DNA of 38,967 nucleotides, taken from contig MRSU01010815.1 in the NCBI GenBank assembly GCA_008369845.1, positions 1 through 38,967 on the forward strand. The letters are read 5' to 3'. This DNA comes from Trichomonas gallinae (Eukaryota). The position numbers and the translations under genes were made by a program. Each line of letters begins with the position of its first letter. Within the stretch, counting starts at the first letter, position 1. The notes beneath the pieces are model-generated. The model ran no database searches. It worked only from the letters and a program-made list of their open reading frames with translations, and was not told the origin of the DNA. Shown here piece by piece: positions 20,540 through 31,195 of this stretch.

Positions 20540-21480
20540 ATGAGTAGAATAAAGTCCAGACACTTATTTTGAATTCTCTCAACAAAAATATGTCACGAAC
20601 TTATTATGTTGAGAGATGATGAAGTCTACCAAAAATCAAGGAGTAAAGGCCCATGACCATACTACTAATAAAAATATTGGAGATATGAAAAAATTACGAA
20701 AAGACAAATCTAAGTTCAACAAAGTTTATTGAATTTTAACTCGCATTGCAAAACGATTTCATTGCTATTAATTTTGCTGTGAAAGAGAAATTCTGCGATA
20801 TTAGAAATCAAAATAATGAAACCATTTTTGATCGTTCAATCAAAGATTGTAATCTCGAGCTTGCTCGTCTGATCATAATAAATCTTTGATTTCAGCTTCA
20901 GGAAATGGTTATCATGAAGTTGTCAAACTCTTACTAACAGTTCCTAGAATAGATATCAACACAAAAGGCAAATTCAATCATACAGCTTTGATTGAAGCTT
21001 CATGGAAATGTCATCATGAAGTTGTCAAACTGCTGCTCACAGTTCCTGGAATAGATGTCAACGCAAAAAGCGATTACAATTATATGGCTCTGATTTTAGC
21101 TTCAATGAATGGTCATCATGAAGTTGTCGAGCTCTTGCTCACAGCTCCTGGAATTGACGAAAACGTAAAAAAAAAATATCGGCAGAATGGCATTGATTTT
21201 AGCTTCAGAAAATGGCCGTTATGAAGTTGTCAAACTAATCCTAACAGTTCCTGGAATAGATGTAAACGCAGAAGACAAATGGGGCGGTACAGCTTTGATT
21301 ATGATTTCAGAAGAAGGCCATCATGAGGTTGTCAAACTCCCCCTCAATGTTCCTGGAATTGATGTCAGTGCAAAAGACAATGACAATGATACATCCAGAA
21401 ATAGAGAATATGGAATCAAAAAATACATTCAAGAGGATACATCTGGAGATGAAGAAGATGACCTACTCGACAGTGATTGA
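20540..21480 (+). pseudogene. Multiply disrupted ankyrin-repeat gene
   Basis: 34-aa repeats (HHEVVKLLLTVPGIDVN) split by a +1 frameshift in the A10 run at 21167-21176; upstream fragments KSKFNKVY*ILTRIAK and NDFIAINFAVKEKFCDIRNQNNETIFDRSIKDCNLELARLII are in other frames; TGA at 20730. The 5' boundary is approximate. Confidence 0.8.
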
Positions 21481-22547
21481 AAGCTTAGATGGGACATTAT
21501 TATTGCTTGATATTTTAAACAAGAAGTGTTAGATGATACCATCCTATAGTATATATAGAATAATTCATTCACACTTGTATAAATCGACGAAAATGTGTAA
21601 GAAATAAGAAAATATTCAAAGAGATGAATCAATCAAGAAAAATTAGTTTTATTCTGTTTGTTTCATGCATATATCACTTTTATGATGATTGTAATGATTA
21701 TAATTCATTATTTTTCAATAATCTTGATTTTTGATGAAATTCTTAAGAAAATTTGCCTTAAAGTTGATTTCTATGATGTTTTACCTGAGTTTTTTCGATA
21801 TATATATAGTACCCTAAGTTGAACAATAAATAAATTATTCCATAATAGCAACAGATGAATCGTTTATTATTTGATTGTTAATTAAAAACTGTTGATGACT
21901 TCAAATGATAGTTTAGTCTATGAGCTTGGCATAATTCCTATTCTAATAATGCAAATTCCGTCAAAATCTTAATTAATTCAAATTTCAGAACATCTACAGT
22001 TATTTGGATAATAGTAAACGGTATTATATTTTTCTTTGGTATTTTAGAGCTATTCGTGAAACAATTTTGGATATTTTCGATAAATCACAAATTCAAAATC
22101 TTTTGTAGCATTTTGATCGGATAATTTATGATGAAGCTTGCATTATTTTTAGCTACTATGATCATGTTTAATGTGCAAATCTATCCTTCACGTAGCGTTA
22201 TCAAAAATTAGATTCAAAATTTTCCAAATAACAGTGATTCAATTTATGTGAATTGGAAAATGATCGTGTGTTTTATTTCGCGTGCTATTAAAGTGTGCCA
22301 AACTGCATCAAAATTTAAATTGAAGGAAGTACATCAAAATTGAATGAAATTTGATATTCACTGTTCAAACAGCTTATCTATGTGTGTAGAGTACAATTAC
22401 AGTAAAAATATTGTGCTGACATGATTTTCTGAAAGATTATCAGAAAAAATCACGTTTCTCAGTTCTGTTATACAAGTCCTATACATAAATATTTGCGCAA
22501 AATCGAATTTTTTCAGTTTATATTAAAAAGCAAATCATTTTTCAAAG

Positions 22548-22994
22548 ATGGATTATATGTTAGAGATGTTGGACATGGAACACAACGGATTCGAGAACAA
22601 CACTATGACTATATTCGATTTGTTTGGTGAAGATGTCGATTACCTTGTTCCACCAGAAGAATTCACACTCGAACTTGATGTCTCTAAGTTCATCAAGGAA
22701 TTTGAGGAGGAATTGGACGCTATTGTCGAAAATTCACCTCAAAATATAGATGATGAAAAGAAAATCCATCAGAAAAAAGTTAGACAATATCTCAAGGCAT
22801 GGCTTAAGAAGCACAAGCATTCTCCAATCCCAACAAGATCAGAAAAGCTTATGCTTTGTGAAAAGCTCAACATCACATTAAAATATCTTGAGAATTTCAT
22901 GAGAAATCACAGATACAGGGCAATAACGAAAGGAAGGTTCTCCCGCACCAAGAAATCATCACAGTACAAGAGATGCCAAGATGATGAACTATAA
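22548..22994 (+). CDS. TALE-class (Homeobox_KN-like) homeodomain protein with acidic N-terminus
   Basis: LKAWLKKHKHSPIPTRSEKLMLCEKLNITLKYLENFMRNHRYR aligns to TALE LxxWxxxHxxxPYPxxxEKxxLxxxxxLxxxQVxNWFINARRR; Inr TCATT at 22535. Confidence 0.78.
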   Translation: MDYMLEMLDMEHNGFENNTMTIFDLFGEDVDYLVPPEEFTLELDVSKFIKEFEEELDAIVENSPQNIDDEKKIHQKKVRQYLKAWLKKHKHSPIPTRSEKLMLCEKLNITLKYLENFMRNHRYRAITKGRFSRTKKSSQYKRCQDDEL

Positions 22995-23179
22995 GATTTG
23001 TTTTCATATAATAAACGGAATAATATTATCTTATTTTGATGTTTTTTCTTCGATTTGACAAAAATTTTAATATGTTGTCTAGCTCATGCAATACAATTAG
23101 CATATAGATATACTTGGATTTTGCAGGCTAATCTTAGAAAATAAAAAAAATATATAAAAATTAATCAAAATATAAAAAA

Positions 23180-23700
23180 TCTATCATCATCTGTTGGTTT
23201 TCCTACTATATGACGTTGTTATATGGTTTACAATAACAAAAAACGAACTATTTATATCTCGATAATGTATCAAAATATATCAAGTCCTAATGATGTATTT
23301 CCATTATTTTCGTATCATATGATGCTAATGTTTGATTTACAGTAACAAAAAACATATTTTTGCAAATTTGATGAAATATCAAAATATTTTAGGTTTTAAT
23401 GATGTATTTCCATTATTTTTCTTATCATATAATGCTATTACTTGGTTCACAGTTACTAAAAACTCATATTTTCAATCTTGATAAAATATCAAAACAAATT
23501 AGGCTGTAATGATGGATATATATTATTTTTCGTATAATATGACGTATATATTCGGATTAAAATGATAAAAATCGTATTTCTTGATTGAAAATTAAAATAA
23601 ATAGACCACCAATTATATTTATTGTTTTTCGCATTATAAAGTGTCGGTAATTTGTTTATAGTAACAAAAAGCGTAATTTTTTTTTTGATTTTATAATATA
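23180..23700. repeat. Diverged tandem repeat, ~109-110-bp unit, about 5 copies
   Basis: Anchor taatgatg..t...attatttt at 23288, 23397 and 23507; ttacagtaacaaaaa-like anchor at 23228, 23337, 23447, 23557 and 23656. Confidence 0.75.
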
Positions 23701-23728
23701 ACAATAAGTCGAGAGAAATAGTAATAGA

Positions 23729-25243
23729 TTAGTCGGAGTAATAATATGAATAAGATCCAGATGAATATGTGTATGAATCAGAATCTGAGTCGTCTTTCTT
23801 ATGATGCTTTTTGCTTGGCGATTCTTTCTCTTCTGGCTCTGGTTGCTTCTTTGGTTCTGGTTCTTTCTTTGGCTCTGGTGACTTCTTTGCCTCAGGATCC
23901 TTCCTTGGAGGAGTTGGCTTCTCCGCTGGTGGTGGAGGCAATAAATCAACTTTTGGGGGCTCCTGTTCAGCTTTATGAGGTTCGTTTTTTTCAGAATGAC
24001 TGCGGTTATCATCTGAATATGAATCAGTTTCAGATTCAGAAGTTGTTGATGGGATTTTAGGATCAAGTGTAATTTTAGGCTTAGCCATTACTTTCTGTGA
24101 GCCGCCCCTTGTTGATTCTGAGTATTCATCATCAGAACCCTTCGGGGCTGGGATGTTTTTTACCGGTCCCATTTTTAAAGTCTGCGGTCTTGGTAAATCA
24201 AGTGTCTTTGGAGCGGATTCCACGGGCTCCATAGCAAGATCTGATGGCGGCATAAGCTGTGCACCCGTGAAACCACCGATGATTCTTGAATGTTGGATGT
24301 GACGCAACCATTTCGTATGCATTTCTGGATTTGGTGCCTTGAAATACATTCTAGATGTGTCATCGATCTTGCGCGGCCTGTTCTTCTTAAACTTAACATA
24401 TTGAAGTCTGCTGCCAGCTTCACCAGTCAAAACGATTGTTCCGTTGTGGTCAGCGATGTCAACTCCGACGAGCTGAATCATGCCGAGCGGTTTATCTTTT
24501 GATGTGACTGTATTATCTTGGAAGTAGTATAAACAAGAGTTGGCGAGAACGAAATAGTGCTTTGTCCATACTGAGAAGAATTTGTCTGACTTCTTTTCGA
24601 GCTCACCTCTCATCTTTGGAGCTGAAAGAGCCAAAAATTCATTAGATTTATCTTGGAAGTGGAATGGATTTGCGTGCAGGTTGTTATACATCTGCATAAG
24701 CTGGTCATCAGTGTAAATACCTGATGGCAGCGCGCCGCGAAGGTTTTTAACGAATTGTGGTCCTGTCATACGGCTTTTAACATTAGGATTGTGCAAATCA
24801 CTGTTCAACATAATCAAAGCGAATGAAATGACGATTGGTGCATCTTCGTTTGGAAACATTGTCGGATTTTGTGTCATATAACATCTTGAAAATTGTTCGA
24901 CAACTCTTTCAATCATTTGAGATTCGCCAGGCAAGAACATAGAGCCATTTAAGCTGACACGTAAGGCATCTAAGAACGGCTTCTTTAAATCTAGTTCCAT
25001 AAAATATGCGGTCAAAAGTTCTTCATTTCCAGCTCTCGCCAGATAGTCACCAATCTGGTCACCCAAGAGTCCAGGAACTGTATGCATAAGGTGGGCAATG
25101 TTCTTTGGAGTTGGTTCAACACCTTTATATTCGCACAAGTATCCTATATTTTTACGAGGATTTACGTTAAACCTGTAAACTGCTTCTATGAGGCCATCCT
25201 CCTCGGCGAGGTCTTGGTCGACAGGTGCTGTGGGTTGAGTCAT
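23729..25243 (-). CDS. Sec7 + PH domain ARF guanine-nucleotide exchange factor (cytohesin-like)
   Basis: IGDYL, glutamate finger FLPGESQMIER, IMLNSDLHN; PH domain GELEKKS..WTKHYFVL..CLYYF; Pro/Lys/Glu-rich tail; likely start MTQPT at 25243. Confidence 0.93.
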   Translation of the reverse strand: MTQPTAPVDQDLAEEDGLIEAVYRFNVNPRKNIGYLCEYKGVEPTPKNIAHLMHTVPGLLGDQIGDYLARAGNEELLTAYFMELDLKKPFLDALRVSLNGSMFLPGESQMIERVVEQFSRCYMTQNPTMFPNEDAPIVISFALIMLNSDLHNPNVKSRMTGPQFVKNLRGALPSGIYTDDQLMQMYNNLHANPFHFQDKSNEFLALSAPKMRGELEKKSDKFFSVWTKHYFVLANSCLYYFQDNTVTSKDKPLGMIQLVGVDIADHNGTIVLTGEAGSRLQYVKFKKNRPRKIDDTSRMYFKAPNPEMHTKWLRHIQHSRIIGGFTGAQLMPPSDLAMEPVESAPKTLDLPRPQTLKMGPVKNIPAPKGSDDEYSESTRGGSQKVMAKPKITLDPKIPSTTSESETDSYSDDNRSHSEKNEPHKAEQEPPKVDLLPPPPAEKPTPPRKDPEAKKSPEPKKEPEPKKQPEPEEKESPSKKHHKKDDSDSDSYTYSSGSYSYYYSD

Positions 25244-25869
25244 TCCAAAATTACACCACTTTTTCAGAGCAAGGATATAAAATTTGTAAAAAGTTATTTT
25301 TAGGTTAAAATCCACTCCGTTCCAGTGCGGGAAAGATCAATATTTAATCAAAATCAGACAAAAACTTTTTTAAATTGCAAAACGATTGATTCTCTTTGAG
25401 AATCTTATTTTTGATTGCATATTTGTCACAGAAATTCGATTAGTGCAAATAAATTCCGAAAAATTCAAATTTCAAGATCTCCGCGAATAACGTAGATAAT
25501 CAAATTATTGTCGGTATATGTTTCGTCCCGTTCGCAGGAGATGCTTATTGATTGATAAAAGGCAAACTCTTAAAACCAATATTTTTTCAAAAAAAATCAT
25601 TGATATAACCAATCCATTTTTCGATCATTATTGCAAAGCCCGAACTCCAATGAATATATTTTTAATGAATAAACATATCATATTCGACTTTTTTCGCCAA
25701 CTAAAAATTTCAATTTCTCATTTATAGGCTCATTAGTTAATATTTAGCAATCTTAAGTCCTAAATATTAAATGTACAATCAAACATTTAAGAAAATTTAT
25801 ATAATTCTAATCAAAAAATTATATATTTGATGAAAAACAAACATATACATATTATATCAGAGTACCTTC

Positions 25870-27012
25870 CTATTTCAAAGGTGCAAACTCATATCTACCG
25901 CTTGCAATCTGACATTTAATACTTTTTGTAACCGTTTCATCACTAACTGTAGATTTTGTATCACTAATAGAGAATCCTGAAATAAGAGGCCCGAAAATTG
26001 AGAATTTAACAGATGTAACAATCTCTGTAAACGGTGCAGAATCATTTGGTATCCATCCTGTCAAAAGAGCGTGTTCTAACTGAGAGGAAAGCTCCCATAG
26101 AACTGTTCTTGTCTCTACATTGTATGAAACGGTACCTTCAGTAACAGCTAATGATGGTGGAAGCATATTTGGCGGAATTATGAATGAAATATAGCAAAAT
26201 GTTGGCTTAACATCTCCAAATTTGCACTCCATTTCAATCCGAACTCCATCTGACTGCCATGAAAATTTGGGTCGAAGCATTATTGGCGGTGGAATGGTAT
26301 TAGCGACGATAGTGTAGTTTATTATGTTTACTGGATATGGTGGAGGTACTAAAGTGATGAGATTAGGCTTATTCGGTACTTTTGTTATAAAAGTAGAAAA
26401 TATTGGCTCAAAAGCACTTGGTGGATGTTTGTATTCCATTGTTATCATGCCAGAATCTATGTTGGCACTGACAACAACGACACCTCTGATCTGAAATAAT
26501 GAAATATATCCCTGTGAGTCGAAAAACACATCTAGTGTTTCTATTATCTGGCAATCGATGTATTTTTTGCCACGAAATCCCCATCGTGATTTAGGTTTGT
26601 TCGATTGATATGGATTTACAAATTGTGTTAAAGTATTAATATCTGATGCAATTGGATATCCGTCGATTAAGAATTGATCAATAATCATGTATATCATTGC
26701 GAAATCTGTTTTTATTTTTGCTTCAGACAGTGGAACTTTAATGGTTTCTTCGATGAACTGTGTTAAAGTAACGAGCATGTCAGCAACAAATGCTGTTTCG
26801 TGGTAATCTTTGCATACACCTACTATATATACATCATTGCGCTGATGCGTCAAGTAGATGTTTCCAAAAGATTCAAAAATCGGAGCAAATCTCTTGAAAG
26901 GAATAATTGATCCGCGTAATATCTCTATATCGGCCTTGGTGACACCGCTGCCACCGCTTTTATCAACAAGGATGTCACCTCTAGTGTTAAAGAGTATGAC
27001 ACCCTTCAGCAT
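25870..27012 (-). CDS. Adaptor complex medium (mu) subunit, divergent, mu3-like
   Basis: Longin N-terminus MLKGVILFNTRGDILVDK, IYMIIDQFLIDGYP, YIDCQIIETLDV and C-terminal SGRYE. Confidence 0.85.
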   Translation of the reverse strand: MLKGVILFNTRGDILVDKSGGSGVTKADIEILRGSIIPFKRFAPIFESFGNIYLTHQRNDVYIVGVCKDYHETAFVADMLVTLTQFIEETIKVPLSEAKIKTDFAMIYMIIDQFLIDGYPIASDINTLTQFVNPYQSNKPKSRWGFRGKKYIDCQIIETLDVFFDSQGYISLFQIRGVVVVSANIDSGMITMEYKHPPSAFEPIFSTFITKVPNKPNLITLVPPPYPVNIINYTIVANTIPPPIMLRPKFSWQSDGVRIEMECKFGDVKPTFCYISFIIPPNMLPPSLAVTEGTVSYNVETRTVLWELSSQLEHALLTGWIPNDSAPFTEIVTSVKFSIFGPLISGFSISDTKSTVSDETVTKSIKCQIASGRYEFAPLK

Positions 27013-27412
27013 TATTTGTCAAATTGTCAAAATCCAAAAACTGACATTTTTCTGAAGTTTTCTCAAATCTTCGAAATCCTCCTCAAAACTCTTCTATCAT
27101 CATATCTACTCCTACACAGCTTATATCTTGAAAATTACTCGATTTTGCCTCATATTAAAAAATTCGATGAAATTCCTAATATAGAATGATGATACGTAAG
27201 ACGAACACATCCATTATGACATCATTTCAATATCATCAAATTGATCAAATCATCCACAAAATGAATATTAATTTATTCAATATCGCTACAAAAGTTTACA
27301 CACTATTTTAATCACTAATATACTATTATTTTCATCTTAATATGAAAATTATGTACATATTTTATGACAGAAGTAATTATATTCTGAAATAATTTTTGCT
27401 TTTACCAAAAAG

Positions 27413-27439
27413 ATAATGCTGAAGGGTGTCAAACTCTTT
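27413..27439 (+). repeat. Inverted copy (26/27 nt) of the mu-adaptin start region 26989-27015
   Basis: ataatgctgaagggtgtcaaactcttt versus gene-sense ataatgctgaagggtgtcatactcttt. Confidence 0.85.
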
Positions 27440-28242
27440 TGTATCTTGTACTATATGTCACAACGAATAGTGTTCAACAGATAATTTGTAATAACTGTTC
27501 ATATATTTTTAGCAAATTATCTATTGAGGACAGATCCAAAGCCTTCATTGGAAACTAAATTCATATTCATGCACTTATCATCCTCGTTATCATATACATT
27601 GGTACTCGTTTGAAGATCTACCGTTCACTATTAAAATATGAATTTGTATATCATTCTACAGTCCAAACATCCCGTTTGGTCAATAAAAATTCAAATTTAT
27701 ACATCTTAGTTTGATCTTTTATTTTTTCGATATTTTCATAATATAACGCTATTTTACCGCGTTTGGAACTATATATTCTGTAGATATTGATCTGTTATTA
27801 ACATATCTACTCGTATATTTTCCTGATTCTTAGTATTTTAATGAGTTTTCCATCTTCAAAATTATGGGTAATGAAATTTTTTAGAAGATATTTAGCAAAA
27901 CCTAGAGTTTTTAGATCATTTTTGGAATATTTCTAAATTTTGAATAGTCTAATATCATTTATTTTAGCTCTATTTTCGATTTTATTCATATATTTCACGT
28001 AAACGCATTTCAAATCATGATAATTTTGCAAATATTAAATTTTTTTGATTAAAAATATTATTAATAGTGATGTAACATATAGAAAACTAGTTAAAACGTG
28101 ATTGACTCAATTACACCGCAGATTTGTAAAAAAAGTTCCACGCAATCTGCTCCAATTTTCTCCAGATTAATAACCTTCAGAGAGAAATTTTCATTAATAC
28201 ACACAGAAAGGCAAAATGTTACATCGGTATTCAAAATAACGG

Positions 28243-28257
28243 TCATATCATATCACA
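28243..28257 (+). promoter_or_regulatory. Three tandem initiator (Inr, TCAYW) elements
   Basis: TCATA-TCATA-TCACA ending just before the enolase ATG at 28262. Confidence 0.65.
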
Positions 28258-28261
28258 TAAA

Positions 28262-29725
28262 ATGGCCGAAAGTAAAGCTGCCGCTGCAAGCAATTACATC
28301 CAGCAAACAAAGCTTACCGATGGTCTTCAGGTCGACCTCACAAAGATCCTCGATAGCCGCCCAGAAGATCCATTCGGCGCCCTCTCCAAGCTCCTCAAAA
28401 AGAGGGCTCTTCCACCAGTCATCGATCACCTCAAGGGCCGCGAAGTTTTAGACTCCCGTGGCAACCCAACAGTCGAAGTCGATGTTTACGCTAAGTACCT
28501 CGGCGATGTTGTCTTCGCTGGACGCTCATCATCACCATCCGGCGCTTCTACAGGCTCCGGTGAAGCCTGCGAACTCCGCGATGGCGATAACCGCTACAAC
28601 GGCAAGGGCACAAAGAAGGCTGTCGCTAATGTCGATACAGCGATTTCTGAGTGCCTTAAGGGCAAGCCACTCGACAGCCTTCAGGTCCTCGATGATGCCA
28701 TCATCCAGGCAGACGGCACAGAGCTCAAGACAAAGTTCGGTGGCAACGCTACAACAGCAACATCTTTCGCCCTCGCTGAAGCTGCTGCTAACCTTGAGGA
28801 AACACAGCTCTTCCTCTACCTCGCTCGCCAATATTATGGAGGCCAAATCCCAGAAGGAAAGAAGTTCCACATGCCTGCTCCATTCTTCAACATCCTTAAC
28901 GGTGGCAAGCACGCTGGTGGCAACCTCAAGCTCCAGGAATTCATGATCAACCCGAACCCAGCTAAGTACGCCTTCCCAGATCAGCTCCGCGTTGCTGCTG
29001 AAGTCTACCAGAAGCTCGGCTCCATTCTCTCCAAGGTCGATATCTCATACAAGAACCTCGGTGATGAAGGTGGCTACGCTCCAAAGCTCGAATCTCCAGA
29101 TGAGGCTCTCAACTACATCGAGACAGCCATCAAGGAGGCCGGCTACCAGCCAGTCGAGGATGTCAGAATCGCTCTCGATGCTGCTTCCTCTGAATTCTAC
29201 AACACAAACCCAGATCATCCAAATATGTACGAAGTCGAAGTCGGAATGTTCAAGACAGGCGATGAGATGATCCAGTACTGGAAGGACCTCGTCGAGAAGC
29301 ACCCAGCTATCATCTCTATCGAAGATGGCCTCGATGAGAAGGATTACGAGACATGGGCTAAGCTCAATGAGGCTCTCGGTGACAAGGTCCACCTCGTCGG
29401 TGATGACCTTTACACAACAAACCCGAAGACAATTGCTAAGGGCTTAGAAGGAAAGTGGTGCAACGCTCTCCTCCTCAAGGTCAACCAGATCGGCACAATC
29501 TCTGAGGGTATGCAGGCTGCTCGCCTCATCCTTGAGAAGAACCAATGGGTCATGGTTTCCCACAGATCTGGTGAAACAGCCAACTCCGTCATCGCTGACC
29601 TCGCTGTCGGCATCGGCGCTCAGGCTATCAAGACAGGCTCCTGCGCTCGTGGTGAGCGTATCCAGAAGTACACACGTCTCCTCCAGATCTATGAATACCT
29701 TCAGGAGCACAACCTTCTTGAGTAA
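28262..29725 (+). CDS. ENO: Enolase with ~50-aa N-terminal extension
   Basis: REVLDSRGNPTVEV, PSGASTG, GGKHAG, GDEGG, VGDDL, LLLKVNQIG, SHRSGET and IKTG; very strong codon bias. Confidence 0.97.
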   Translation: MAESKAAAASNYIQQTKLTDGLQVDLTKILDSRPEDPFGALSKLLKKRALPPVIDHLKGREVLDSRGNPTVEVDVYAKYLGDVVFAGRSSSPSGASTGSGEACELRDGDNRYNGKGTKKAVANVDTAISECLKGKPLDSLQVLDDAIIQADGTELKTKFGGNATTATSFALAEAAANLEETQLFLYLARQYYGGQIPEGKKFHMPAPFFNILNGGKHAGGNLKLQEFMINPNPAKYAFPDQLRVAAEVYQKLGSILSKVDISYKNLGDEGGYAPKLESPDEALNYIETAIKEAGYQPVEDVRIALDAASSEFYNTNPDHPNMYEVEVGMFKTGDEMIQYWKDLVEKHPAIISIEDGLDEKDYETWAKLNEALGDKVHLVGDDLYTTNPKTIAKGLEGKWCNALLLKVNQIGTISEGMQAARLILEKNQWVMVSHRSGETANSVIADLAVGIGAQAIKTGSCARGERIQKYTRLLQIYEYLQEHNLLE

Positions 29726-30604
29726 AAAACTTTCGATGATTTATTTTATTATTCTAAATTCATTTGTTTTTCACATTTTTTCTTCATCTTTTAAAATTTA
29801 TTTTTCAAATCAGAGTTTATCAAATTAAATACACAAATTCCAACAAGTCTTAGACATGTAAGTAATAATTTTAATATTAGATTTAGTAATTTTGGATAAT
29901 TTAAATTACAAATTTTAATGTGCTTGTGCATAACAAATCGAAGTGCAATTATAGTATTTAATTCGATAAAATCTAATTACATCTTTGAGTTTGAGCCTTA
30001 TTCTAATATCAGTATCCTTAAAATCAAGAGTATTATTTCAAGAGTGTTTTACATCATTTTGCAACTGTTGATAATGATAACATCGGAATTACAATCATAT
30101 ATAATTTAACAGATGCTAGTGAATAATCTTTATCATCTGTGAAATCTACTGTTGCTCTATTAAATACTGTGATATTTCAATTTTTAATACTTCGAAAATC
30201 TTCCATCGTATTAATATAATTTTAAATCAATATTGGATAGAAAGAGGAACATTTTAATCGAATAATACAATAATAGACAATAAATGGAATATATTGATAA
30301 ATTTATTTTGGATTTACATCGACAGATTTGGAGATATCAATCGAATTTTGATGGCAAAGTCGAAGTAAAAATAAAATGAAAAATATATAAATAGAATCAA
30401 TATGGTAATTGTCTAGATGCGAAAAACAAAATTGATTTTTGAAAATTCGTATTTTTTACAAAAAAATGCCGTTGCTAGAAAATTATTTGAGCAAATTGCA
30501 GATTTGTAATATGTATATACAAAAAATAGCAAAAAATGACGAAATGAATTGAATCCAGATTTGAGGGCGAAATAATCATCCGACGGTTGGATTTAATCGA
30601 AATT

Positions 30605-31195
30605 ATGGAAGACGACGAGAATGCAATAAAAATCGTTCTTCTCGGTGACAGTGGTGTAGGCAAAACGTCAATTGTCTCGATGTTCGTCAGTGGAGCTATG
30701 CCAGAAGTCGCTGCACCAACTGTTGGCGCTGCTTTCGTAACAAGACCATATGAAATCAACGGCAAAAATTATAATTTGTTCATCTGGGATACAGCTGGTC
30801 AAGAGCTTTATCGTGGATTGGCACCAATGTATTACAGAAACACATCAATTGCTTTAATTGTATTCGATGTGTCCAAAGAAATTACATTTAAGTCAGTCGA
30901 GTATTGGATAAATGAATTAAGGGAAAATAGCGAAGAGAATGTTATAATAACTATCGTTGGTAATAAGAATGACTTAGAAAGAAAAATCGAGCTCGCTTCA
31001 TGCGAGCAATTCGCGACAACACATAAAGCATTATATTGCGAAACAAGTGCAACAGCAGCTACAGGAATTGATAGAGTTTTCCAAGTTTCAATATCAGAAT
31101 TCGAAAAAACACAAAACAACATGCCACTGGAAACAACAAAACCAGTGACAATTAATATAGAAGAGAAATCGAAGCCAAAAAGCAAATGCTGTTAA
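30605..31195 (+). CDS. Rab GTPase, Rab5/21/22-related
   Basis: GDSGVGKTS, switch I TVGAAF, WDTAGQE, LAPMYYR, NKND, ETSA and C-terminal CC prenylation motif; likely start MEDDE at 30605. Confidence 0.93.
   Translation: MEDDENAIKIVLLGDSGVGKTSIVSMFVSGAMPEVAAPTVGAAFVTRPYEINGKNYNLFIWDTAGQELYRGLAPMYYRNTSIALIVFDVSKEITFKSVEYWINELRENSEENVIITIVGNKNDLERKIELASCEQFATTHKALYCETSATAATGIDRVFQVSISEFEKTQNNMPLETTKPVTINIEEKSKPKSKCC

Noticed and set aside
23180..23700. CRISPR-like interpretation of the periodic array
   Set aside because: Whole units are similar with no unique spacers, no cas genes are present, and the context is eukaryotic
25518..25727. 69-aa ATG ORF between the Sec7 and mu-adaptin genes
   Set aside because: AT-rich intergenic composition, no codon bias or motif
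28194..28206. TTAATACACACAG resembling the trichomonad intron 3' motif ACTAACACACAG upstream of enolase
   Set aside because: The branch-point CTAAC is absent, there is no convincing 5' splice site, and tandem Inr elements lie downstream of it
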